From: an uncultured Phycisphaerales bacterium
GTDB taxonomy: Bacteria > Planctomycetota > Phycisphaerae > Sedimentisphaerales > Anaerobacaceae
Assembly: GCA_963772725.1 (NCBI GenBank)
Contig: CAVYYI010000001.1
Span: 992,001 to 1,056,000, forward strand
DNA length: 64,000 bases
Direction: 5' to 3'
Part shown: in pieces, positions 28,320 through 38,846 of the stretch
Layout of the letters: each line of letters begins with the position of its first letter
Position numbering within the stretch: the stretch's first letter is position 1
Notes under the pieces: model-generated
The model's input: only the letters and a program-made list of their open reading frames with translations
What the model was told of the DNA's origin: nothing
The model's database searches: none
Position numbers and translations under genes: made by a program

Positions 28320-28694
28320 TTATCCGAGGAAATTTTCCGGCAGGCGTTCATCGTATTCGCCGCCGGATAAACTTTCGCAAACCTGATAAACATTAAGCGA
28401 ATGCATGTGGTTGCGCCTGTACATAGCGCACTGAGGCCGATTTTGCGTACAGCCTATTGAGATATCCGCGGCCTGACAACGCATATAACTGTTATATATG
28501 CAGGATGAAACCCTGCAAGCCCCCACTCCCGCGGCCCCGAGGTCTTCTCTTTTGTTCTTGGTCATAAACCTGCAGAAAGTGCTGCAGGCCGGTCGTTCAC
28601 CATCACCGATAGTTATCGCCGTCGCGTGACAGGTATTATCGATATTATAATCGCAGCTGGCCATCTCGCATTTCGTAATTTTAGACATTGCCAT
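28320..28694 (-). CDS. Cys-rich DUF1540-like protein
   Basis: Two repeats of C...C.YN....C.A..I.IG....C. Confidence 0.7.
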   Translation of the reverse strand: MAMSKITKCEMASCDYNIDNTCHATAITIGDGERPACSTFCRFMTKNKREDLGAAGVGACRVSSCIYNSYMRCQAADISIGCTQNRPQCAMYRRNHMHSLNVYQVCESLSGGEYDERLPENFLG

Positions 28695-28724
28695 ATTTAT
28701 GCTCCTTTTTCTCATTATTCAGCC

Positions 28725-28940
28725 TCATGCGTGTTTGACAGCAACATTCGGACTGTAAATTTCTTTTTCAGCTCCGTCACCGCGGTGTATCGCCTCATAA
28801 ATCTCCTTGCGATGAACCGGTATGTTCTTTGGAGCGTTTATACCCAGCCGAACCTTTTTGCCCCGCACGTCAACTATTGTTATTTCAACATCTTGCCCAA
28901 CCATAATTGACTCATCTCTGTATCTGCTTAGAACTAACAT
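28725..28940 (-). CDS. csrA: Carbon storage regulator CsrA
   Basis: MLVLSR..ESIMVG...VRLGINAPKNIPVHRKEIY; RBS AAGGAG. Confidence 0.93.
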   Translation of the reverse strand: MLVLSRYRDESIMVGQDVEITIVDVRGKKVRLGINAPKNIPVHRKEIYEAIHRGDGAEKEIYSPNVAVKHA

Positions 28941-29367
28941 TTTCAGCTCCTTCTTTACTCCTCCCTGCCGGGTTTGCCAGCACCGCATCGCAGAACTGAC
29001 AAGCCCGTTTTGGAGGAGGAGTGTGATGAACATTATTTAAGACGCTGTGCATAATATTTTTCCAAAAATAGCCGTCTTCCATTTCCTTTCTTTTGCTTCC
29101 TTTTAATGTTCATCTTAACAACGCCGTCCAAATTGTAAATCGGGGCAATAACTGTTTTTATCATAAGCTTAGCCGCCCACTTTTCATATAGGCAAATGTA
29201 CTATAAATGACTACGCAAAAAGCTCATTTTATAGGACACCGATTCTGTTTCTTTATTGTGCAAACGGCATTTTTCCATTGCCATTTACGCAGCAAGTCTG
29301 TAATCTTCAGAAAGTTTGGATGCATTGTAATTGAGTTTGAGACTGATTTTTGCAAAGGATTGCGGCA

Positions 29368-30327
29368 ATGGCTGTTCTGGTGGGTATAGATGAAGCTGGT
29401 TTTGGCCCGATTTTGGGGCCGCTTGTTGTTTCCTCCAGCACTTTTTCAGTTCCTGACAATCTTCTTAAAGCCAATCTCTGGGAGCAGTTACGAAAAAGCG
29501 TATCAGCCCAGAGAAAGCATCTCGCCGGACGCCTGCTCATCGCCGACAGTAAAAAGGCTTACAGCAAAACCATCGGTATAAAGCACCTTGAGCGGACAGT
29601 TCTCGCCTCTCTGAAATGCCTCGGCTATGAACCTGCCGCCCTGCCGGAACTTATGACGGCTCTGTGCCCGCAAAACTGCGGGCATCTTAGCGAATATCCA
29701 TGGTATCAGAACGTAGCGAACCACTATTTAGCCGCCAATAAAGCCGATATCGAAATCGCCGCCTCGGCATTTAAGAATGATTTAACCGAAAACAATATTA
29801 AACTGCTCAACCTGGCGAGTTTCAGCCTCGATGTCGCCCAGTACAATAATATGGTCAGCAACGTAAAAAATAAGGCTAACGTGCTTTTCTCCGTCGTTTC
29901 AACGCTAATAAAACGGGCCTATGATAAATTCGCAGGCGAAACTCTCCAGATAATAATCGACCGCCAGGGCGGCCGCGAGCATTATCGCAGCAATCTCCAG
30001 CGAATGTTCCCGGATATGGAACTGAAGATTCTTCTCGAAACCCCCGGCACAAGCAGTTACGAACTCACCGCCGGCGGCAAAACTATGAGGCTGCATTTTA
30101 CCGTCGCCGCTGACGACAGATTCCTGCCCGTCTCGCTTGCCTCGATGGTCAGCAAATATCTGCGCGAACTAATGGTCGAAAATATAAACCGTTATTTTAC
30201 CGCCTTTCACGCCGAACTCAAGCCGACCGCCGGCTACTGGCAGGACGGCCTGAGATTTATAAACGATATCAAAACCTTTATTCCGCACGTAACTTTTGAC
30301 AACAATCTTCTCATCCGATGCAGATAA
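29368..30327 (+). CDS. Ribonuclease HII-like protein
   Basis: GIDEAGFGPILGPLVV, ADSKK, IDRQGGR, VSLASMVSKY motifs. Confidence 0.8.
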   Translation: MAVLVGIDEAGFGPILGPLVVSSSTFSVPDNLLKANLWEQLRKSVSAQRKHLAGRLLIADSKKAYSKTIGIKHLERTVLASLKCLGYEPAALPELMTALCPQNCGHLSEYPWYQNVANHYLAANKADIEIAASAFKNDLTENNIKLLNLASFSLDVAQYNNMVSNVKNKANVLFSVVSTLIKRAYDKFAGETLQIIIDRQGGREHYRSNLQRMFPDMELKILLETPGTSSYELTAGGKTMRLHFTVAADDRFLPVSLASMVSKYLRELMVENINRYFTAFHAELKPTAGYWQDGLRFINDIKTFIPHVTFDNNLLIRCR

Positions 30328-30426
30328 TCAATTTATCACAACCTTCGTGAATAATAAATTTTGTTGTAACTGCGGCGGCGCAAAATATAATATGGGCCTG
30401 TTTTGAATTAAAAATGGAGCAATTAA

Positions 30427-32943
30427 ATGCCTGCGGTATCTTTAGACCTGACAGGAAAATGGGAATTTAAGCAATATCCGCTGTCGGCAAGGCAAATGTC
30501 CGACCTGCAGTCTTCCGACTGGCTGCCAGCAGATGTCCCTGCCTCAATTTTCACAAACCTCGCCGACGCAGGCCTTATAAAAAAAAGCGACCTCATCGCC
30601 AATCCTGAAGATTTCTCTTATGTCAGCGAAACGCCGTGGATATACAGAAAAATTTTCGATGTCTCCGCCGATATACTCAAATGCGACCGCATCGACCTTG
30701 TCTTTGACGGCCTCGACACCGTTGCCGCAATCTGGCTAAATGACAAACGCATCGGAAAAACCACCAATATGTTTATTCCTTTCAGGTTTGATATTACCTC
30801 GCTGCTGAAATCCAGCGGCAATTGTCTCATGGTCAAATTCGACCCCGCTGTCCCGTATGCCCAAAAACTGATGGCCAAATATTCCCACTCAGGTCCAAAA
30901 AATCCGGTAGATTTGTACCGCACTTACATAAGAAAAGCTCAATATCAGTTCGGCTGGGACTTTTGCCCGGCACTGCCCGGCTGCGGAATCTGGAGACCTG
31001 TCCATCTCGAAGGAATTAAAAAAGCCGCGATAAAAAACATCAACATCCGAACAGTTGACTGCAATCACCATTACGCCGACATCAAGGTAACCGCGGCACT
31101 CGATACACTCGTAAAAGAAAACTTCATTTGCAAACTTACGTTGTCATGCGGCGACAGAATACTGATACACAATATGACTTTCCGCCACGGCGAAAAAACT
31201 CATTCCACAGTCATTCGCATTGAAAATCCATCACTCTGGTGGCCCAGGGGTTATGGCAAACAATCTCTATACACACTCGACGCGCAGTTACTCGCCGGTG
31301 ACGAAATCGCGGATAATGTCCAGAAAAGTTTTGGAATAAGAAACGTAAGACTTGAATACTCTTCTGATGAAAATGATAAGAAATTCCAGTTTGAAGTCAA
31401 CGGCCAGGTCATCGCTGTTAAAGGCGCAAATTGGGTACCCGCCTCCGTATTTGCGGGTTCCGTAACCGCGGATGATTACCACGAGCTGCTCACTCTTGCC
31501 GCCGAAGCTAATATCAATATGCTGCGAGTATGGGGCGGCGGGTATTATGAGGCGGATGAATTTTACAAATTGTGCGACCGGCTGGGAATAATGGTCTGGC
31601 AGGATTTTATGTTCGCCTGCGCGTATTATCCGGAAGAAAAATGTTTTATCGAAGAGGTGAAAAAAGAAGCCGCCGAAATCATCACACAACTGCGAAATCA
31701 CCCCTGTTTAGCGATATGGTGCGGAAATAATGAAATAGACTGGAAACACAGTAACGGCTCTCTTGGAAAAAGCAAAAAATTCTATGGCAGAACAATCTAT
31801 CATAATCTATTGCCGCAGCTTGTAACCGATATGGACCCCGATACTGCCTATATACCGACCACACCTTTCACAGGGAAAGGCGGCTTCAAAACCGACGGTT
31901 TTCTTACCACTCACCAATGGGACATCTGGTGGCACAATCAGCCTGTAAGTAATTACCGTTGCCCTTCCGAAGCTGTCCCGTATTTTGTTACTGAGTTCGG
32001 CATCCAGTCAATGCCAGACATCAAAACAATTCAGAGCTTATGCTCTGTCGATAAATTTCGCGTTGGCAGTTGCGCTATTGAAAAACACAATTACCAAACC
32101 GACGGCGGAAACAGCAGATTATATCGATATTTAAGCGACTTATTCGGCACAGCAAAAAACGTTGAACAGCTTGTTTATTTATCGCAGCTTACGCAGGCAC
32201 GCGCTGCCAAAATTTATGTTGAACATCTGCGGGCTCACGGCAAAAAAAACAAGGGCATATTATTCTGGCAGTTCAACGACTCTTTTCCCGCCATAAGCTG
32301 GTCGGCAGTAGACCACAATAAAAATCCAAAAGCGATTTATTATTATGCGAGGCGTTTTTTCGCCGGCCATCTTATTGCGGCACTGCCCGATTCCCATAAA
32401 ACCAGCCAGGAGTTTCAACCATCAGGTATTGTTGTAATAAACGACAGTCCGCAATCTTTAACCGCACAATTAAATTGCCGACTGATGGATTTGCACGGCC
32501 ATCACCACGACCGAATTACTGTGCCTGTTTCGATTGCTCCGTTTAGTTCGTCAACTCTGTTCAAGCTGCCCAAAGCCATTGCTTCCCCAAACAATCCGGA
32601 AAAATTATGTCTGCATATTTTACTTGAAAAGGACGACATAAGAATCTCAGAAAATCTGTTCTTCTATTTACCCGACAAGTATATCGATTGGCCTAAAGCT
32701 GAAATTACAAAACAATTCTCAAAACTAAGCGATAACCGCTGGAAGTTGACGCTAAAATCAAATGTTATCACTAAGGATGTACAAATAAAGCCTCCATCCC
32801 TCGCAAAACTTAGTGATAATTATATCGATTTGATGCCGGCAAGCGAGCTTGATATAATCATAATCTCTGCGCAGCAGACGTTAAGTTTAATCGAATCGCA
32901 AATCAACATTTGTTCGGTAAATTCCCTGTTCAATACTGATTAA
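30427..32943 (+). CDS. Glycoside hydrolase family 2 (beta-mannosidase-like)
   Basis: RKAQYQFGWD, KGANWVP, NMLRVWGGG, WQDFMFAC, WCGNNE, TEFG motifs. Confidence 0.9.
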   Translation: MPAVSLDLTGKWEFKQYPLSARQMSDLQSSDWLPADVPASIFTNLADAGLIKKSDLIANPEDFSYVSETPWIYRKIFDVSADILKCDRIDLVFDGLDTVAAIWLNDKRIGKTTNMFIPFRFDITSLLKSSGNCLMVKFDPAVPYAQKLMAKYSHSGPKNPVDLYRTYIRKAQYQFGWDFCPALPGCGIWRPVHLEGIKKAAIKNINIRTVDCNHHYADIKVTAALDTLVKENFICKLTLSCGDRILIHNMTFRHGEKTHSTVIRIENPSLWWPRGYGKQSLYTLDAQLLAGDEIADNVQKSFGIRNVRLEYSSDENDKKFQFEVNGQVIAVKGANWVPASVFAGSVTADDYHELLTLAAEANINMLRVWGGGYYEADEFYKLCDRLGIMVWQDFMFACAYYPEEKCFIEEVKKEAAEIITQLRNHPCLAIWCGNNEIDWKHSNGSLGKSKKFYGRTIYHNLLPQLVTDMDPDTAYIPTTPFTGKGGFKTDGFLTTHQWDIWWHNQPVSNYRCPSEAVPYFVTEFGIQSMPDIKTIQSLCSVDKFRVGSCAIEKHNYQTDGGNSRLYRYLSDLFGTAKNVEQLVYLSQLTQARAAKIYVEHLRAHGKKNKGILFWQFNDSFPAISWSAVDHNKNPKAIYYYARRFFAGHLIAALPDSHKTSQEFQPSGIVVINDSPQSLTAQLNCRLMDLHGHHHDRITVPVSIAPFSSSTLFKLPKAIASPNNPEKLCLHILLEKDDIRISENLFFYLPDKYIDWPKAEITKQFSKLSDNRWKLTLKSNVITKDVQIKPPSLAKLSDNYIDLMPASELDIIIISAQQTLSLIESQINICSVNSLFNTD

Positions 32944-34964
32944 CGCCGTCGCGGCGGCGGCGGCATACCCGGCATCATCATCAAATCTTCCATCATCATA
33001 TCATCCGGATTGCCGCCCGGCCCCATCGTCCCGGGAGTAAATTGACGGCCTCGCCTGCCGCCCCAGGGCTGCAACACTTCCTTCGGTTCTTTCGCTAACT
33101 TATCTATTTCACTCTTTTTAGCCAGCATATCTTTCGGCCAGCATTCAGACCGCGAGGCTAAATGCTCAATATTAAATCCATCCACTGTATAAAGTATATC
33201 GAAATAACTCCTTTCAACCGGAGATTTCCCGTACCAGTCTTTTACAGGTTCCGCGTTTACAAAAACCTTGCCCGTCGAATAATCAATTTCGACCGGCAAT
33301 GTAAGATTTTCAATTTTCTTTTCCGCATCGCTCGGTGTGTAAACTTTTATTCCGCCAATCGCATCTCCGGGGTTGACCGAAAATTGTTTGTTATACCAAT
33401 AACCGAGAGTATATCTCGATACCTGCATTTCTACTGTTCCGGTTGCATCGTAAACCTTTATTGGGAAAAAGTATAATATTTTGGGTATGTTCACGACTGG
33501 CGTCATATCAGAATAATCAGTCCACAAAATAACCTTGTCTTTCAAAGCTTTATCCTTCCCAGCCACGTGCTCAGTGCCCGCTACAGGATTAAAAACACCT
33601 AAACGAATTCTATACCGGTAGCTGTTGCCGGGCTTTACCGTATCATCATGAGCCCAGAATATCAGAGGCTCAGTCATTTTGGCCAAATCTGTCGCTTCCG
33701 TAACCGAAATTTTTTCTAAATCACCATAATAATCCGGTGGCATAGCTGCGTTAGCCGCAGCGGCTGTTTGTCTTTCATTTTCTCTCTCCTCACGCGCTGT
33801 TCTCCTTGCCGCAAGAGCCTCGTTTGTAGGCGCCCTTGTCGTCCTTGCGGCTCCTGTCGCCGGAGTTGAACTGCCGCGGGTGGCCGGTGGACTGCTTGGT
33901 GGTGCCCCACCCCCGCCTAGCATCATCATATCATCCATCATAGGAGCCGCGGTTGTTGAAGGCCGTGGCGTTGTTTCAAGTCTCCTGCTCGTACGAGCGG
34001 CTCGGGCACTGTCAAGTTGCTCCTGCCTTCTTGCTCTTTCCTCCTCTAATCTTGCCAGTCTTTCCCTTCTCCTTTTGCTTGCTTCCTCCTTTATAAATTT
34101 CTTATGAATCGAAGGAGGAAACCATTCATCCGACGCCGAAGCGATTCCATACGCTTCTGGCTGAAGCACATTTGCGCGTACCTGCGGATTATCAAATTTA
34201 AAAAGCTTCACACTTATACCCCCTGCCGGCAGTTGGGAAGCATCCTCTACAACTTCAAAGCCGGCCGAGTTCATTATTGCGTCTATTTTAGCCGGGGGAA
34301 CTTTTTGCCACTCCTTCCAGTTGCCGTCACTACCAAGCTCCTGTCTTTCAAGGTCAACCGCGGCAAACACCGGGCGGGCAAGACACGGGTCTCGCCAGTC
34401 TTCATTTACATCCTCCCCGGCAAAACAGGCGTAAAAGTCTTTATACAGCTTTACTGTATCAAATTTTCCTTCCACCGTTATTAAATCTAAATCGTTAGGC
34501 TCCTTTTCCGCTTTGTCATAAGCATTGTCCAAATTGACCGCTGATTTCGGCATATAGGCAACCGCCCTTATATGTTCCACTTCTACCCCGCTTACCTTGC
34601 CTACTTCAGGAATCGGGTACTTTCGCTTGGCAATTGGATTGTCTGTTATGGGGCTCGGCACCGGCACGGGAATGTTATCAATCCTGCCTATCGGCAAATC
34701 CATCAATTTGTTAAAATTATCGGCCTGGACAATATATGGCGGCTTTGGTACAGCCTGCCCACTCAACCTTTCTTTCAAAGTCTCCGCTTTTTTAATTATC
34801 TGTTCATCTACCTGTCCGGGACTATAATTCGTATTTTCATAAGCTACATAATTGCGACCAATGAGAACACGACTGAATAAAAGCCATAGGCACACAATAC
34901 CGACCGCAACCAGTATCATCTTCTCAATATGTTCCTCAAAAAAATTGCCGCTCTTTTTAATCAT
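32940..34964 (-). CDS. Membrane-anchored hypothetical protein of the pilM cluster
   Basis: N-terminal TM helix, D.TV.PG.SYRYRIR motif, Met/Gly-rich linkers. Confidence 0.7.
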   Translation of the reverse strand: MIKKSGNFFEEHIEKMILVAVGIVCLWLLFSRVLIGRNYVAYENTNYSPGQVDEQIIKKAETLKERLSGQAVPKPPYIVQADNFNKLMDLPIGRIDNIPVPVPSPITDNPIAKRKYPIPEVGKVSGVEVEHIRAVAYMPKSAVNLDNAYDKAEKEPNDLDLITVEGKFDTVKLYKDFYACFAGEDVNEDWRDPCLARPVFAAVDLERQELGSDGNWKEWQKVPPAKIDAIMNSAGFEVVEDASQLPAGGISVKLFKFDNPQVRANVLQPEAYGIASASDEWFPPSIHKKFIKEEASKRRRERLARLEEERARRQEQLDSARAARTSRRLETTPRPSTTAAPMMDDMMMLGGGGAPPSSPPATRGSSTPATGAARTTRAPTNEALAARRTAREERENERQTAAAANAAMPPDYYGDLEKISVTEATDLAKMTEPLIFWAHDDTVKPGNSYRYRIRLGVFNPVAGTEHVAGKDKALKDKVILWTDYSDMTPVVNIPKILYFFPIKVYDATGTVEMQVSRYTLGYWYNKQFSVNPGDAIGGIKVYTPSDAEKKIENLTLPVEIDYSTGKVFVNAEPVKDWYGKSPVERSYFDILYTVDGFNIEHLASRSECWPKDMLAKKSEIDKLAKEPKEVLQPWGGRRGRQFTPGTMGPGGNPDDMMMEDLMMMPGMPPPPRRR

Positions 34965-35034
34965 AACGAATATCCTGTTTTTTATCCCGCATTTTTCTCT
35001 AACACTTTTTTATTGTAAAACCTTTTCAATGCTT

Positions 35035-36342
35035 TTAATACCCCAGTGTTGTCGGAGGATTGGCAAGCCAGTCCTTAACAGATTGGGGTTTAATCGCATC
35101 ATAGGCGGTTTTATCGAAAACATACTCACAAATCAACTCCAGATGCACCACGGAGTCATCTCCGTAACGATAAAGTTCATTATCTGCATCATTGCGGTCA
35201 ACTGGCGATACACTGTTTTCCAGAATCGTTATCTGGTTATGATGGAACGTCTGCTCCTGGGGCTTCTCGCCAAAAAAACCTTTGAACTTATGTTCCTTCC
35301 CGCTGCACAGCGCCGCTATAAACCGCATTACATCTTTTGAATTTACCACAACAACAACATTGAAATGAATCACATCAATATCCGCGTTACACAATCTGCC
35401 GGTGCACGGCTCTGTAAGCCCGTTATAAAGAGTAGTAACATAACGCGGCTTAACCTTTTTCACGCTGGAAGCCGCAGAAGTTACCGTAGATGTACTATAT
35501 CCGCCTTGCGGCAGCTCTGTAAAACTTATATTGATAACACGCTTGACCGGAGATGTTAAAACGCTTTTAGACCCCTGGTTCATAACCTCAACTGTATTTA
35601 GCACGTCTTCCATCGCCCAGTATCCTAACTGCCAATACCAGCAGTCTTCCAATGACTCTTTCCAACCCACCTCTACCTTATAATCTGTCCATAAATCATA
35701 TCCTTCTATGTTCCGCGGATTAATATAAACGGACGCTGAATTTGCCCTGTTTGTGCAAAGAGCATTCTTTATTGCGATATCCGCTCCGGTGCTGGTACCG
35801 GAACTAAATGAACTGTAAGATGAAATACCGCCCCTATATGGTGAACCAACGCCGCCAACCGTGGTTGACTGCATCGCCTTATCAATCTCGTCTTTTGTAG
35901 GACAATCGCTGCCTTTCAAACGGTTTATTATCTCATTTATCTTTCCATTAAAGCTCTGTCCAAATTGCTTAAATATCATTTCAGATTTTTCGTTAGGCTC
36001 CGGAAATACACCATAGTGCAGCAATTCCCTCTCGGTTGTCTGCCGCAATAAAAGCATTATGTGATTGGCGTCATTTGCGTATTCTTCCTGGTACTTCCGT
36101 TCAACATCAGCCTGTGCCAAAGGAGGTACGCTTTCAAGCAGAGTTTTTACATTGTTAGCTCTCGAAATACTCTCTTTCTCCATCTCTGCCGTGAGTTTGC
36201 CGCCCATCAACTGGCTGATTATAATAAGTACAACCGCAACTATACTTATTACCACCGGCACCACCAGTGACATAAAATCTTTCAGCACTCCGAGCTTTTT
36301 AAAAATACCGCCTAAATTGGGTTTATTCATTATCCAACTCAC
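35035..36342 (-). CDS. Membrane-anchored hypothetical protein (PilO-position) of the pilM cluster
   Basis: Single N-terminal TM helix; lies downstream of pilM. Confidence 0.65.
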   Translation of the reverse strand: MSWIMNKPNLGGIFKKLGVLKDFMSLVVPVVISIVAVVLIIISQLMGGKLTAEMEKESISRANNVKTLLESVPPLAQADVERKYQEEYANDANHIMLLLRQTTERELLHYGVFPEPNEKSEMIFKQFGQSFNGKINEIINRLKGSDCPTKDEIDKAMQSTTVGGVGSPYRGGISSYSSFSSGTSTGADIAIKNALCTNRANSASVYINPRNIEGYDLWTDYKVEVGWKESLEDCWYWQLGYWAMEDVLNTVEVMNQGSKSVLTSPVKRVINISFTELPQGGYSTSTVTSAASSVKKVKPRYVTTLYNGLTEPCTGRLCNADIDVIHFNVVVVVNSKDVMRFIAALCSGKEHKFKGFFGEKPQEQTFHHNQITILENSVSPVDRNDADNELYRYGDDSVVHLELICEYVFDKTAYDAIKPQSVKDWLANPPTTLGY

Positions 36343-36414
36343 AAATCTGTTTTACTAAAACTCTTAACACCGTTTCTTTCTTCGGCTGAACTGTTACGTT
36401 TTCACATATTACTA

Positions 36415-38759
36415 TTAATCCATATCGCCTATATCGCGACGTTTGCTGCCGCTTGAACCGCTGCTTCTGCTCGGTGTCGGTGCAACCGGCGCCGGGGTTG
36501 GGGCCGGTGATGCTGCCACACCACCTGCGCCAGCCTGTTCAGCTACCTTTGGCGCATCTTTCCACACCAGCTTAAAATTCAAAATAAACCAATGGTCATT
36601 AATCTGATACTCTTGCTTCTGAAACCTGTCTAATATGGGACGCCCCGTCTCATCAGTCTTTTTAACCTTGCTGATTGTTTCCTTTGTCAGAGGGTCAGCC
36701 AAATATTGCTCCTCTGTCGTCATACTACCGGAAACACCGGGAGACGAGTTCTTTACATTCTCTGTTTTAATTTCCAAAACGCCTATTCCGGCCGGCTGCT
36801 TGTCACTGGTTTCGACAGATACATCGCCTTTGTCTTTTTTGAATTGAGTACCGACTTTTTTCCTCTCATACAGCCTAAACGGGCAGTTGCTATCTATTGA
36901 TGGATTGTTGCTGTCGTCAAGGTGAAGCAGTCGGGTAATGACACCCCACTTGCTCTTGTCTTTTTCAACACCGACAGGGTCCAGCAGTTCGTCTATATCC
37001 TTATATGGACTATAACCAGCAATGCTTATCACAAATCCAGCAGTTCCCAGGACACCTGTCGCAGTGGCAGCGCCGGCGCCCCATAAGTTGACTGAGCATA
37101 TATCGGCGCCCCTCCCGGTACTGACATACCAGGCATCATCATATCATCCATAACATCCGTAGATTCAGGTCTGCCCCTCGTTCTGCCTGACTCAAGATAC
37201 GTATCCACAAAAGTCGCTGAATTAACGTCTTCCGAAAAGTACACCGACATACTCGTTATGAATATCTGCTTTCGCTCCTTGCGGGGAATTTTCAGTATCG
37301 ATTCAACATCGTTTTCTCTAAAAGCTTTATACAAATTCGCCTGTGCGGGATTATTTTTTTCATTTGGCAGCAGCATAAGAAGAGTCTCGTTCAATTGCGG
37401 AATCACCCCGCGATACTTAAAAATCTCAATCGCTTTTTGCATTTTCGCTTCGTATTCGGGTATTTTACTTTTCTCCGCTTCTACTTTGCTGATGGTCTGC
37501 TCCGCGGTGTTTATTATGCCTGTTATTTTTTTACGAACGTCTTCATTCCTGCTGTAACTTGCCTTATCGAGATTCGTGCGTACAAAACCAAGTATGGCTA
37601 CTATAAGCAGCATAAAAGCGGCGGCGGAAAAATATACCGCCTTGCCCGCCCACGCCATCGACCGCATTACGCTGCGGGGAAGCAGGTTACACTCTATTTT
37701 ACCCAGCCCCAGAGGCTGAATCGCAAGACCATAGACAACATCAAAATCACAGACGTTCTCATGGAATTTAGCCGCTGAAACTTCCGAACTTATCGCAAGA
37801 TTTTTAAATGAATCCGGCACTTCGATTGTTATACCAAGCGTCTGCTGCAAATAACTCAAAAGTCCCCGCATCTTTGTCCCGCCCCCCATAGCCAAAATCT
37901 TTGTTAATTTGACATTCGGGTTGGAACTGCCGTAAAATCCAAGAGACCTTTGAATCTCAGCGGCCATATCAGTAAAAACTGGTTTCATCGCCTGGAGTAT
38001 CTGCCGGGCGTACTTGCTCATCGCCGCCGTTCTTTTCAATTTTTCCGCCTTCTCAAAACTCAGCTTAAACGTCTCAGCTATAGCACGCGTAAATGAGTTG
38101 CCGCCCATCGGTATACACCTTTGCCAAACCGTCGATTTTGTGCAGACAACAAGGTCAGTATTTTCCGCGCCTATATTCAGCGCCACAACCGCCTCGCTAT
38201 CTGATTTAACAAGGTCGGGCCTGTCATACTGCATATAATTATAAAGCGCCATTGGGGACATCTGCACATAACTTGCCTGCAGATTTTCCCTGCTGAAATG
38301 CTCCAGCGCCGAATCAACAACTTCATTTTTCACCGCGAAAAGACCGACCTTCATAGCTTTGGCGCCACCACTCTCGTCTATTAGCTGCCAATCCCATTGA
38401 ACATCATTTATATCGAAAGGTATCTGTTGGGTCGCCTCGAATTTTATAATTTCAGGTATGCGCTTTTTCTCTACAGGCGGAAGGCTCACAAATCTCGCGA
38501 AACTATTTTGACTCGGCACAGAAATAATTATTATATCGTCTTTGCCTATCTCGTTTCGACTCACAAATTGCCGCAGGCTCAACGCAATCAGCTCATCTTT
38601 TTCCGTATCGCTTATACCGCCACCGGTCAGGATTTTCCCATGCTGGATATTATCAAATGCCACCACTTCGACAGTACCGTGGCTATCGCTCAAACGCAAC
38701 GCCTTGAGAGAATTATTGCCTATATCAATCGCCCAGACGGCACCGGATTTTGACGCCAT
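36415..38759 (-). CDS. pilM: Type IV pilus assembly protein PilM with fused TM/periplasmic (PilN-like) extension; apparent frameshift near 37050
   Basis: WAIDIGNNSLKA, FEATQQIPF, EIQRSLGFY, NLLP motif, then a TM helix; ORF 36415..37032 appears to be the C-terminus. Confidence 0.85.
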
Positions 38760-38846
38760 AACAAACCTCTCATCCTAACGTCTCAACTTCTATTCTGTTG
38801 ATTAGACTTGTAAAACTCTTTCAACAACAATAAATTATACCATATT

